The notes beneath the pieces are model-generated. The model was not told the origin of the DNA. It did no database searches and was given only the letters and a program-made list of their open reading frames with translations. A stretch of DNA of 63,877 nt, filler included, from Octopus bimaculoides (Eukaryota), in assembly GCF_001194135.2 (NCBI RefSeq). It is 8 parts of 7 records of this genome, joined end to end, with 100 filler letters (N's around TTAATTAATTAA, not from the genome) between each part and the next. Parts side by side here need not be neighbours in the genome. Positions count along the whole stretch, not along the records: positions 1 to 14,628 come from NC_068989.1; positions 14,729 to 18,582 come from NW_026311049.1; positions 18,683 to 24,331 come from NC_068985.1; 5 more parts are not named here. The stretch is one strand, 5' to 3'. Below, one piece after another: positions 12,062 to 23,442 of this stretch. A program made the translations under genes and the position numbers. The first letter of the stretch is position 1. Each line of letters starts with the position of its first letter.

Positions 12062-12240
12062 CAGTGGTTCCCCACTTGGGGTCCGCAAAGATAATACTTT
12101 CATATATGTATATATATATATAAGGATAAGCATATTAAAAGAGATCCATGGGAAAACTCATGTAAATAAAAGAGTTGGGAGCTACTGTTGGGAACTACTG
12201 TGAAAGGTTGGGAACTACTGTGAAAGGTTGGAAACCACTG
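12062..12240. mobile_element. hAT MITE with perfect 8-bp TSD
   Basis: Left TIR CAGTGGTTCCC, right TIR GGAAACCACTG. TSD GTCTAGTA at 12054-12061 and 12241-12248, fitting the NTCTAGAN target preference of Charlie-type hATs. Confidence 0.85.
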
Positions 12241-12246
12241 GTCTAG

Positions 12247-12597
12247 TAGGGTTCTAAACCTTTTTAAGTAGTGCCCACCTAAACTAACTTGACATGGATG
12301 ATAATTTTACTCTAAAAACGGATTGTATAAGCTTTTAGCAGTGAAATGATAAAAAAATTAATAAAGACAGAAGCTGAAAATTTATTTTTTACATTAAAAA
12401 TTAATGACTTCCCTGTGCCTGATGAGATCTCATTTTATTTTAATAATCATTACTAGTTTTATCATGTATGATATAATTACTCCTCTAAGTAAAATTTAGT
12501 ATGTTATGTTACCTTACTGCCACCCTCACCGCCCACTCCTAACTCCTCCCAGCCTTGATATGCTTGGTGGTGGGACCACCTAAGTTGAGGACCCCTG
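12247..12597. mobile_element. Second, older hAT MITE
   Basis: Right end GTTGAGGACCCCTG followed by GTCGAGAA (6/8 match to GTCTAGTA). The degenerate left end TAGGGTTCTAAACC resembles CAGGGGTCCTCAAC. Confidence 0.5.
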
Positions 12598-12671
12598 GTC
12601 GAGAATGTAAAGTAATAATTTCGATGTAGTGGTCACTTGTTCGTTGGTGAATGAGGCAATTCCCGTTTCAT

Positions 12672-12702
<31 letters not shown>

Positions 12703-12966
12703 NNNNNNNNNNNNNNNNNNNNNNNNNNNNNNNNNNNNNNNNNNNNNNNNNNNNNNNNNNNNNNNNNNNNNNNNNNNNNNNNNNNNNNNNNNNNNNNNNN
12801 NNNNNNNNNNNNNNNNNNNNNNNNNNNNNNNNNNNNNNNNNNNNNNNNNNNNNNNNNNNNNNNNNNNNNNNNNNNNNNNNNNNNNNNNNNNNNNNNNNNN
12901 NNNNNNNNNNNNNNNNNNNNNNNNNNNNNNNNNNNNNNNNNNNNNNNNNNNNNNNNNNNNNNNNNN

Positions 12967-13009
<43 letters not shown>

Positions 13010-13029
13010 GCTATTGTTGTTGTTGTTTG

Positions 13030-13318
13030 TTCCTTCTCGAGCCACGCCTGGCTCATAAGGGCTACTTTCCCGGTTTCATTGGAGTATAGGTTCCCCACCT
13101 GAACGGGACGCCAGTCGTCACAGGTGAGCTGCTAGATGAAAGATTGAGAGAAAGTTGTGGCGAAAGAGTCAGTAGAAGTTCGCTATTACCTCCTGCGGGA
13201 GTCGCGTAGAGCTTAGGTGCTTCGCTCATAAACACACACATTGCCCGGTCTGAGAGTCGAACCCGTGGTCCCTCAACCGCGAGTCCGCTACTCTAACAAC
13301 TAGGTCATATGCCTCCAC
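13030..13318 (-). mobile_element. tRNA-headed SINE: family E head with a different 3' part
   Basis: 13140-13318 matches 4375-4558. 13030-13135 does not match 4170-4370, and instead shares GACTGGCGTCCCGTT with the element at 6890. Confidence 0.7.
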
Positions 13319-13389
13319 TATGTATATACAATATACAGATAGATAGATATACATTATGCTTTTATATTCTTGCTCCAGAAAGGTTGTGT

Positions 13390-14628
13390 AAATGTACGCG
13401 GCCTGGGTTCGGATTGGAAGGAAAGCTGCCTTCTTGACGACCCTAGGTTGCATAGAATGGATTTAGTAGACTGAGTAGGCAGCAGGCTTTTTCATCCCTC
13501 CTAAACGGCTACGAGAAATTAATTTCTTCAAGCTAACCTGGAGAGGGAGGAGGAGTTGTAGTTCTCCTCAGAAAAAAATCTAGATTTAGAGATAAGAACT
13601 GTCTTTGTAGATCCAGAAGGCAGGTTGATCGTCTTAGATGTGACGCACAACAGTGGTAAGGTATTCAGGTTGGTGGCTATCTATGCTCCCTATGGAGTTG
13701 AACAGTCGGACTACTTCAGAAGCTTTGAAAATTTTTTAGGAACGCCGCACACGTTAGTATTGTTAGGTGACTTTAACACAATCTGCGATGCACGCGTAGA
13801 TTGTGCTGGCTTGAACTCAGACAAGGAGGGAAATCCTTGCCTCAGTGATCTGCTATGCCGTTTTCATCTGGAAGACCGATTCAGACTGGCTCGCCAAGAC
13901 GTTCCATTGTGGACATAGGCAAATAACGATGGGTAGTCCAGATCTTATCTAGACAGGATTATTGTAAGAAGTAAAGATAAGAAAATAATTAGTTGTCCAC
14001 ATTTGTGACATGTATGTTTGATCTAGATAGTATGCGTAGACAGGGATCCGGTTACTGGATGCTAAACAAGTCACTCTAGGACTGTGAAGCCAACAGGAAC
14101 CTGATTAGACAGTTAGTAATGAGAACATTAACCGGCTCCATTATTGATAATAAATAGTTGTATGCTCTGAAAAGAGCCATAAAATTTGAGTTAATTAGGT
14201 TCAATAAGGAATTAGGTAGTGCTAGAAATAGAGTAGAAAGCGCTTTAGTTAAGGCTCTAGAATAGGCGATGAGGTCAGGCTCCGCATTCAAATTTTTAAC
14301 GGCGCGGTAGGCGCTCGACCAACATCTCAAAACTAAACACGAAGGGTGTATTGTCAGGGCTAAGTTATTTGCAATGGGACAAGAGGGAATCAACGTCGCC
14401 AGATGGTGTCGCGTGGTAGAGAGCCGACACGGCAACAATTCAACTATACGGTCCTTGACGGACTAACATAATCGTTCAGTAAACGAGCCCGAGGAGATGT
14501 GCAAGGTGTTTCACGAGCATTTCACCCAGCTTTTCGGGAGGGGCGGTGGACCGGAGCGTGGGGAGAACCTCGTGGACTTCCTCGCGGACTTCCTCGCGGA
14601 CTTCCTCGCGGACTTCCTCGCGGACTTC
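13390..14628 (+). mobile_element. Decayed L1/Tx1-clade LINE ORF2 (APE endonuclease and linker)
   Basis: RLIVLDV...FRLVAIYAP...LVLLGDFN...PLWT...SYLDRI endonuclease motifs. Downstream GCIVRAKLFAMGQEG and EPEEMCKVFHEHFTQLF. Several stops; truncated by a scaffold spacer before the RT domain. Confidence 0.8.
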
Positions 14629-14728
14629 NNNNNNNNNNNNNNNNNNNNNNNNNNNNNNNNNNNNNNNNNNNNTTAATTAATTAANNNNNNNNNNNNNNNN
14701 NNNNNNNNNNNNNNNNNNNNNNNNNNNN
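14629..14728. other. Artificial scaffold-join spacer (44N-TTAATTAATTAA-44N)
   Basis: Exactly 100 bp. The palindromic 12-mer gives TAA in all six frames. Identical at seven sites. Confidence 0.95.
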
Positions 14729-14879
14729 GTGTGTGTGTGTGTTTGTGTGTGCATGTGTGCTTGTGTGTGTATGTGTGTGTGTGTGTGTGAAATCGGTTAT
14801 ATTATGTCAAGCTGTGGACATCTGCCTGTGTCCCCTCAGCTGGAAGCTAACCGATCCCTCCTAACCCCGAAACCCCTTC

Positions 14880-14936
<57 letters not shown>

Positions 14937-15134
14937 TCTCTCATATGACCCTTCCCCTCACCCTTTTTTTCCCACAATACCCGATGTCCCCCCTTTTGTT
15001 TCCCCCCTTCTCCCTTCTTTCTCCTTCCAGTTAGTCCCCGATTCTTCATCAGTGGTGGGTATGGAAGTAACCGATAAACGGATGCTGCGCTCGTTTGTTT
15101 AGGAGTCGATTGGTGGGGGAGAAAAAATAAAACC

Positions 15135-15997
15135 ACGGACCCAACAGCAGCAGCAGCAGTAGTAGTAGTAATAGCATCATCACCATCACCATCATCATCA
15201 TCATCATCACCACCACCATCATTATCATCGTCATCGTCATCATCATCATCATCATCATCACCACCATCATCATCATCGTCGTCGTCATCATCATCATCAT
15301 CATCATCATCATCGTCATCATCGTCATCATCTATAATTATTATTAATATTAATAGTATTAGTAGCAGTAGTAGTCTGTGTAAGAGGAGGAGGAGGAAGAG
15401 GGCTGCATAGGACAAGGAGAAGAGGAGAGAGAGAGAGAAGTTATTAAGCGAGAGGTAAGAGAGAGAGAGAGAGGGGGGGGAGGGAGCGGCGGCGTGGCGG
15501 AAGGGTCTTTCCTCGTCTCCAAATATTACATTCGGACCAGTTACAAATCCGTCTGTTTGTCTGTCTGTCTCTGTATTTCTTATTATCTCAACTACTACTA
15601 CTACTACTTCATATCTCTCGCTTCTTTTTCACCTCCATCATTTCTCTCTTGTTTGTGTTGTCGATCTTCTTCCTCCTTTTCTTCTTCTTCTTTTCTTCTT
15701 CTTCTTCTTATTATTCTTCTTCTTCTTCTCCTCTTCTTCTTCTTTTTCTTCTTCTTCTCCTCTCCTTCTTCTTCTTCTTCTTCCTCCTTTTCTTCTTCTT
15801 CTCCTCTTCTTCTTCTTCTTCTTCTTCATTCTTGTTCTTCTTCTTCTTGTTCTTCTTATTGTTGTTGTTCTTCTTCTTGTTGTTCTTCTTCATTCTTGTT
15901 CTTCTTCTTCATTCTTGTTCTTCTTCTTCATTCTTGTTCTTCTTGTTCTTGTTCTTCTTCTTGTTTTTCTTGTTCTTCTTCTTGTTCTACTTCTTCT
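15135..15997. repeat. Compound tri-/dinucleotide array (CAG, TAG, CAT, GA, CTT)
   Basis: Directly visible. Source of the poly-D/H/L/E pseudo-ORFs. Confidence 0.9.
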
Positions 15998-16565
15998 NNN
16001 NNNNNNNNNNNNNNNNNNNNNNNNNNNNNNNNNNNNNNNNNNNNNNNNNNNNNNNNNNNNNNNNNNNNNNNNNNNNNNNNNNNNNNNNNNNNNNNNNNNN
16101 NNNNNNNNNNNNNNNNNNNNNNNNNNNNNNNNNNNNNNNNNNNNNNNNNNNNNNNNNNNNNNNNNNNNNNNNNNNNNNNNNNNNNNNNNNNNNNNNNNNN
16201 NNNNNNNNNNNNNNNNNNNNNNNNNNNNNNNNNNNNNNNNNNNNNNNNNNNNNNNNNNNNNNNNNNNNNNNNNNNNNNNNNNNNNNNNNNTACACACACA
16301 CACACACATATTTATATATATACACACACACACACACCCATATATATATATATATAACAGAAATATGTTAGAAAACAAAATAGAAACTACCCGTGGAAAT
16401 GTAAGGGGAAAGTAAGCAGAAAAATAAGTGAAAATGCACATTGGAAATCAAAAAGAAGGTAAGGCTTTTTATGAAAAGTAACGATATATATATACAATTA
16501 GATGAACTGAGGTAGGAATAAAGGTTAAAAAAAAGTCATTATTGTGAGGTATTAAAGAGATTTAC

Positions 16566-16602
16566 AAGCATACCGGTTTCGTAATCATACTATTCATTGC
16601 TT
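16566..16602 (-). ncRNA. Decayed minimal type I hammerhead ribozyme in a Penelope 3' region
   Basis: Minus strand AAGCA-ATGA-ATAGTATGATTAC-GAAAC-CG-GTA-TGCTT. Stem I AAGCA/TGCTT is perfect, stem III is the palindrome ACCGGT, triplet is GUA. The core has lost CUG and the G10.1 position is A. Confidence 0.5.
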
Positions 16603-16790
16603 TGAGTATACACCGAATTCTGATCGGTGTCAAGTCTATTAGTCCCTTAATAAAAAGATTATATGTAAGGGAGGTAAGTAGTTCTGGATTTGGTGCAATT
16701 AGGGTAATCTGGATTTGTAGTGTGAATGGTGTATGGGATGTATGGGGGTTAGTGATATTAAATGGAAGATTAGTGGTGTTCTATATGATG

Positions 16791-17150
16791 TTATGTGTTT
16801 ATATTTAGTTGAGGAAGATATTTATTAATGAAAAATGCCTCTTTATTCATTCTTTGTTGTGTAGACGTGTTCTGTGAACATTGATATAAGGGAAAAATTA
16901 GGGAATTAGGATTAAGATTCCTCACACACCTTTCTATGTGTCCCCTGACCTGTATCTGTCTGTAATGTGGGTGGCGGATTTGTTTTTTGTGGAGAGTAGT
17001 TCTTCTACGGAGTGAAATTCCTGTTTGGCCAATATAGTAATTACTGCACCCTAAGCATGTAATGGCATAGATTAGATTTTCCGAGGCACAGGTGAAATTT
17101 GATTTAATCTTAAAGATTTCACCTTGTTTAAAGTGGAACTCAGAACCCTC
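16791..17150 (-). mobile_element. Penelope-like element GIY-YIG endonuclease domain, open frame of 119 aa to stop
   Basis: EGSEFHFKQGEIFKIKSNFTCASENLIYAITCLGCSNYYIGQTGISLRRRTTLHKKQIRHP...GHIERC...QRMNKEAFFINKYLPQLN*. It has the LIY...YIG motif, Cys pattern, Arg/His and late Glu-Asn residues. It starts at a gap edge and is absent from the ORF track. Confidence 0.85.
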
Positions 17151-17914
17151 CNNNNNNNNNNNNNNNNNNNNNNNNNNNNNNNNNNNNNNNNNNNNNNNNN
17201 NNNNNNNNNNNNNNNNNNNNNNNNNNNNNNNNNNNNNNNNNNNNNNNNNNNNNNNNNNNNNNNNNNNNNNNNNNNNNNNNNNNNNNNNNNNNNNNNNNNN
17301 NNNNNNNNNNNNNNNNNNNNNNNNNNNNNNNNNNNNNNNNNNNNNNNNNNNNNNNNNNNNNNNNNNNNNNNNNNNNNNNNNNNNNNNNNNNNNNNNNNNN
17401 NNNNNNNNNNNNNNNNNNNNNNNNNNNNNNNNNNNNNNNNNNNNNNNNNNNNNNNNNNNNNNNNNNNNNNNNNNNNNNNNNNNNNNNNNNNNNNNNNNNN
17501 NNNNNNNNNNNNNNNNNNNNNNNNNNNNNNNNNNNNNNNNNNNNNNNNNNNNNNNNNNNNNNNNNNNNNNNNNNNNNNNNNNNNNNNNNNNNNNNNNNNN
17601 NNNNNNNNNNNNNNNNNNNNNNNNNNNNNNNNNNNNNNNNNNNNNNNNNNNNNNNNNNNNNNNNNNNNNNNNNNNNNNNNNNNNNNNNNNNNNNNNNNNN
17701 NNNNNNNNNNNNNNNNNNNNNNNNNNNNNNNNNNNNNNNNNNNNNNNNNNNNNNNNNNNNNNNNNNNNNNNNNNNNNNNNNNNNNNNNNNNNNNNNNNNN
17801 NNNNNNNNNNNNNNNNNNNNNNNNNNNNNNNNNNNNNNNNNNNNNNNNNNNNNNNNNNNNNNNNNNNNNNNNNNNNNNNNNNNNNNNNNNNNNNNNNNNN
17901 NNNNNNNNNNNNNN

Positions 17915-18225
17915 ATAGAAGAATATATTATTTAGTTTAAAAGAGTTCCAACACTGTCTGTTTTTTTATATTTTATTTATATTCCTACAAAACCAATGTG
18001 GGATATAGAATATGGAATATACAATATATAATATAATATACAATATATAATATAAAATAAAAATGGATGGTACAATGAAATAAAGTATTGAATGTCTTAT
18101 TGAATATATGGAATATGTCTTATTGAATAGATGAAATATTGAGTGTTCAATATAAAGGATTAAATATATAAAGGCGAATACGTATTTTCTATACCTTGTG
18201 GTATTTCATCATGGCTGGTATGACA
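17915..18225 (+). repeat. AT-rich interspersed repeat (inverted copy at 23958-24263)
   Basis: Near-identical reverse complement over about 300 bp. Confidence 0.85.
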
Positions 18226-18254
18226 TACTTTAACATATATATATATATATATAT

Positions 18255-18582
18255 GGTTGTCCTCGTTTGAGTTACTGGGCGTAGTGCGCTCGGTTTACAG
18301 CGAGTGTGGTAGTCTGAAAACGAAGATCGGTTTCCAGCTGCGCAGGATCTCAGGTGATGAATCGTGGGTCTTTGGCTATGACCCCGAAACGATGGCTCAG
18401 TTTTTACAGTGGAAGGGGCTTCCAACAAGATTTCAAGATTCTAACTTGATCCAAGATCAGGTTTTAGTTGTGCAGGGTCTCTTTGATTGTGTCAAGGAAG
18501 ATGAAAGGATTTTGAAAACGGTCATAACAGTTGATAAATTAGGGGTCTATGGCTATGACCCCGAAATCAAGACTCGTTTTTA
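18255..18582 (+). mobile_element. Rearranged mariner transposase fragment
   Basis: ISGDESWVFGYDPETMAQFLQWK followed by a second copy LKTVITVDKLGVYGYDPEIKTR of the first catalytic-Asp region. Confidence 0.75.
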
Positions 18583-18682
18583 NNNNNNNNNNNNNNNNNN
18601 NNNNNNNNNNNNNNNNNNNNNNNNNNTTAATTAATTAANNNNNNNNNNNNNNNNNNNNNNNNNNNNNNNNNNNNNNNNNNNN
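18583..18682. other. Artificial scaffold-join spacer
   Basis: 44N-TTAATTAATTAA-44N. Confidence 0.95.
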
Positions 18683-18855
18683 CCCACTACACTCTCTGAG
18701 TGGTTGGCGTTAGGAAGGGCATCCAGCTGTAGAAACTCTGCCAAATCAGACTGGAGCCTGGTGTTGCCATCCGGTTTCACCAGTCCTCAGTCAAATCGTC
18801 CAACCCATGCTAGCATGGAAAGCGGACGTTAAACGATGATGATGATGATGATGAC
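18683..18855 (+). mobile_element. 3' part of retroposon family D with (GAT)n tail
   Basis: TTGGCGTTAGGAAGGGCATCCAGCTGTAGAAAC...CCAACCCATGCTAGCATGGAAAGCGGACGTTAAACGATGATGAT. Reverse copy at 41575-41885. Confidence 0.85.
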
Positions 18856-19554
18856 ATCCATACATATCTTGTAACTCTTTCACAGGAAATGGTTTATATT
18901 GTATGTATGGGCCCTTGTGGCCATTAAAGGAGTATTATTATTATTGGTGTTATTATTATTATTGGTGTTGTTATTCTTATTGTTATTTTGCTGTAGTTGT
19001 TGTTCTATCTTTGTATAAGTTTGTTTCATATTATATTTAATATTTTTTTCTCTCCCTATTTTTCTCTTTCTTCATTTCCATCTGATTGAAGCGATAAAAA
19101 AAAAAACTCCTGTGTAAGCTTGTTTGTCAAGATTTGTATTTTTTCTTTTCTCTTTTTTTTTCTTTTTTTCTATTGCTCTTTCATGGTTACATTTTGTGTT
19201 TAATTTTGGAGTTGGTCAAACGTTAACATCATTGGTTATTCATGGGTAACTTATGAGAAATCCATATGATAGCTTTGTTGATATTATTGTTTCAGATTTT
19301 TTTCTTCTGATTTTTTTTCTATCTTTTTATTTTTTAATTTTTGCGTTTGTGTGTTATAGCTATCATACAGATTTTGGAAGGCAAAAAAAAAAAAAAAAGA
19401 AAAAAGCTAAAATAACATACATCCACCCTAAAAACAAACAAACAAACAAAAACAATACCTTCTTCTCACGGATATTTATAATCTATTTCATACAACTGTT
19501 TATACAACAGAAATTAATTTTCAAAATCTGTTCTTAACATTGCAAAATCAGGGC

Positions 19555-20132
19555 AGCAGCAACGCCAGTAGTAGTCGTGGTGGTGGTGGTGGTGGTGGTG
19601 GTGGTGTGTTGATAATGGATAGTAGTAGTAGTTGTTGTAGTGGTGCTAGTGGTGAGTGTGGGGGTGGTGGTAGTGGCTGTCGTTAAAGTGGTTGTGGTTG
19701 TGATAGTTGCAACTGTTGTTGTTGTTGTTGTTGTTGTTCTTCTTCTTCTTCTTCTTCTTCTTCTTCTTCTTCTTCTTCTTCTTCTTCTTCTTCTCCTTCT
19801 TCTTCTCCTTCTTCTTCCAACTGATGTAAACGATAGTTATGATAATGATTCTCATTATCGACTTCTTCCTTCTTCGATGGCTTCGTCACCATAATCAATG
19901 AGTCGTCCTCAACATTATCATTATCTTTCTCCATCTTTCCAATTACCATAACAATATTATCGTTCCTGCTGGCATTCTTCCTTTAGTTACTGTTGTTGTT
20001 TAGTTAGTGATGTTGTTGTGGTTGTTGTTATTGTTGGGGCAAACGATACCTTTGTTCTTCCCATTATTATCAACGCTATCAAGACCATCAAATCATCATC
20101 ACCATCATTCTCATCATCACTGTTGTCATCAT

Positions 20133-20163
<31 letters not shown>

Positions 20164-20545
20164 AGCAACAACAGCAATGACAATATTTATAGCAAAAGCA
20201 GCAGTAGCTCTGTCATCATGATAATTTTCTTCTTCATCATAATCCCATACCATTATCCTCCTCTACCTCTCCCTCCTCCTTTTCTTCTTCTTCTCCCGCC
20301 TCCTCCTCCTCCTCCTCCTCATCATCATCATCATTATAATCATCACCATCTGTTTCAACATTAGCTTCATTACTATCACCAACGCCATCATTTTGATATA
20401 CTACTACTACTACTACTACTACTAGTAGTAGTAGTATCATCATCATCATCATCATCATCATCATTATTATTAGTATTAGTATTGTTACTATCAATATTAA
20501 TCAAGAAATTATTAATTATTAATTATTAAATTACATTGTTGTTTA

Positions 20546-20599
<54 letters not shown>

Positions 20600-20625
20600 C
20601 ATTATTATTATTTCTTGTGTTGTTG
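19555..20625. repeat. About 1 kb of compound trinucleotide repeats (GGT, GTT, CTT, CAT, CAG, CCT, TAC, TAG, TTA)
   Basis: Directly visible. Confidence 0.9.
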
Positions 20626-20669
20626 CTGGTTTTGTTTATTGTCATTAACGTTATTAAGTATGCATACAG

Positions 20670-20921
20670 AGTTATATCATTTAATCCATTCAGTTTGAAG
20701 ACAAAGTACACAGCCAGCTTCCGGAGCCTTCTAATTTCTCTCTATTTGACAGCTAAGCTATTTCCTTAAGTAACATTTTCTCATTTAGCANNNNNNNNNN
20801 AGTTATATCATTTAATCCATTCAGTTTGAAGACAAAGTACACAGCCAGCTTCCGGAGCCTTCTAATTTCTCTCTATTTGACAGCTAAGCTATTTCCTTAA
20901 GTAACATTTTCTCATTTAGCA
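20670..20921. other. Exact 121-bp duplication around a 10-N gap (contig-overlap artefact)
   Basis: 20670-20790 is identical to 20801-20921. Confidence 0.85.
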
Positions 20922-20999
20922 CTCCTCTTCTCCCACAACTCCTCTCTTATTATCCACCTACACCAACATGATAGCTCTTCTTTCCTCCACCTCCTCTTC

Positions 21000-21030
<31 letters not shown>

Positions 21031-21031
21031 T

Positions 21032-21063
<32 letters not shown>

Positions 21064-22177
21064 AGCTATATATAATATTAATACACACCACAACACATCT
21101 TTAAAGTCCAAGATGAGCTAAAGTAATTAAACAGCAGTTTTCAAAAGCCTTCTCTGCGAAAATTTAAACAGATGTAAATACATTTTTGCTATGCTCTTCC
21201 TCTGTAAAAAAGAAAGCCAATGAGACTGCAATTATGTCTTTCCCAGTTCATTAATTTCTACTCAGAAGAGAAATATACCCACTGCCTTATGCTCTTCAAA
21301 GCAATGCTCTCCCTCTGGTGAGTGGTAACCACACTATGAAATATGTCTGGGCAATTCTCATTATATTTCTGTGTGCAGAGATGTAACCATGCATGTATTT
21401 ACATTAACCTTTCACAGCAGAAGCTTTAGAGACTTGCAATTTAGCTACATTCATTTTATCTTATATTTTTAATACATGTTCTGAGTGTTGCACATAATTG
21501 TTCATTTGTTATGCAACCCCATCACCAACAAATGCTCCGTATGCAAATTAGTCTGGCCATTATAGTATTGCAGCTATGTTCTCGTTTGTGTCTGATTTAA
21601 ATAGTAGCTTTCCACAAATTCCCTTCATGGCAAGAGTTAGGTAGAGGTACTTGTCCTCTGATAAGTGCTCAATAAAATGTGAAACACATCAGATCAATTT
21701 TCTTCATATTTCTTGCATGAGAAGAAAACAAAATGCGTATTTACATCTATTTAGTGTTTCACAATTAACACTGTGTGGTTGTGAGGTAAGAAGTGTGCTT
21801 CCCGACCACATGGTTCTTGTCAATGTACAGAAATGCCACACACACAGATAAGTCAGTGATGGAATGGTGTATATTACTGAAGTGGTGGGTCAACAGTTTA
21901 ACTTGTCATATGTAGCAGAATGCTCTGAATTGGCTTCCAAATGCAGTCTGCAAGGAATTGGTCGATTTCCTCAATATAAAGAATGCTGTTAAAGTTTACC
22001 TCTGATACAATACATAAGGTTGGACAAACTGCAACAAGTTCTGAGCAATATGATATTGTGACCCATCCTCGCCAGTGGTTGTAGCATTGTTCATGCAGGG
22101 ACAGGTTTCTTTCTGAAATGTTCAATTTTCCATTCCCCACAAAAAGCTCACTCTACTTACTTCGTTTTTTATTTGTA

Positions 22178-22253
<76 letters not shown>

Positions 22254-22481
22254 CAAAACAAGGAAGCTGGAAAAGATTTTTTGGTATTATTTATTCCCCG
22301 TGACATATATTTCATTTGCTAATAGAATTTGCAACATTGTCCATGTTGGATAAACATGTAAGAAATACATGAGAAGCTTCTTATAAGAAATTCTTCAGAC
22401 AAAGAATCAAATAATACCAAAAACCTTTCCCCAACTTTTCCTGTTTTTGATCTATAATAACTCTGCAAAGAATATTTCCAG

Positions 22482-22536
22482 AATTTCCGAGTCTAATTTC
22501 CGAGTTTAATTTCCGAGTCTAATTTCCAAGTCTAAT
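22482..22536. repeat. 13-bp minisatellite AATTTCCGAGTCT, about 4.2 copies
   Basis: Directly visible. Confidence 0.85.
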
Positions 22537-22736
22537 GCGGGCCTCACATAAATATAACAACTGTGTACTGTATTGTGATTCGGGAACAAGGAGACGTGCT
22601 TCAGAAGGACACAGCTTGCATTTTAACCCTACTTACATTGTGTGTGTGTGTTTGGATGTGTGCGTGTTTGTGCACGTGCATGCATGTGCATGTGTGCATC
22701 ATCATCATTATTGTTTCAATACCCACTCTTCCATAA

Positions 22737-22936
22737 GGCAGTGAGTTGGCAGAAACGTTAGCATGCTGACTGAAATGCTTAGCAGTATTTCATTTGTCTT
22801 TATGTTCTGAGTTCAAATTCCGTTGAGGTCAACTTTGCCTTTCATCCTTTTGGGGTTGATAAATTAAGTACCAGCTGCATACTAGAGTCAATCTAATTGA
22901 CTGGCCCCCTCCCCAAAGGTTTCAGGCCTTGTGCCT
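22737..22936 (+). mobile_element. SINE family A
   Basis: Homologous to 1201-1413 and 11601-11835. Confidence 0.85.
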
Positions 22937-23384
22937 GATATGGTGATTTCATATCAAGATAAACAGTGCATGACCTTGCAGCTGGGACCCAGTTAAAAAT
23001 TTTGTTCAAGTCAAGTAGCTCATCCCACTCAAAATGTCCTTGAATAAAAGTTGTTTAAGGATGCTGAACAAAATACCTATGTTTCCAGAATTATCCAACC
23101 CTCAAAGAATTCCTCTTAACATATGGCCATGATGCTCCCCAACTACTTCTGCTCATGATCAGAAATGCATATATTGTCAGCCACTAAGGAACGTGCTCAA
23201 ATTGGTTAAAATGATACAAATAGCAAGCAAATTTATGGTATTCAGCAGAATATTTGCTGAAGCCCATCTTTTTATACCAAGACAAAACAATGTACATGAT
23301 AACACTTCCAATCAGTTAAGATCAGAAGCCATGGGAGCCACTGCCTGGTACTGCATCAGGGCAAGAGCCAGTGCCTCAGATTGC

Positions 23385-23386
<2 letters not shown>
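22937..23386 (-). mobile_element. Repeat family C
   Basis: Homologous to 3062-3312 and the reverse complement of 62590-62810. Confidence 0.8.

Positions 23387-23442
<56 letters not shown>

Noticed and set aside
14673-14684. TTAATTAATTAA palindromes as biological motifs (PacI or piggyBac TTAA sites)
   Set aside because: Always centred in exactly 44+44 N, so an assembly linker.
20670-20921. 121-bp tandem duplication
   Set aside because: An exact copy on both sides of a 10-N gap is an unmerged contig overlap.
21150-22140. Unique 1-kb region, possible transposase remnant or octamer-containing enhancer
   Set aside because: No convincing motif in any frame, and a single ATGCAAAT is expected by chance.
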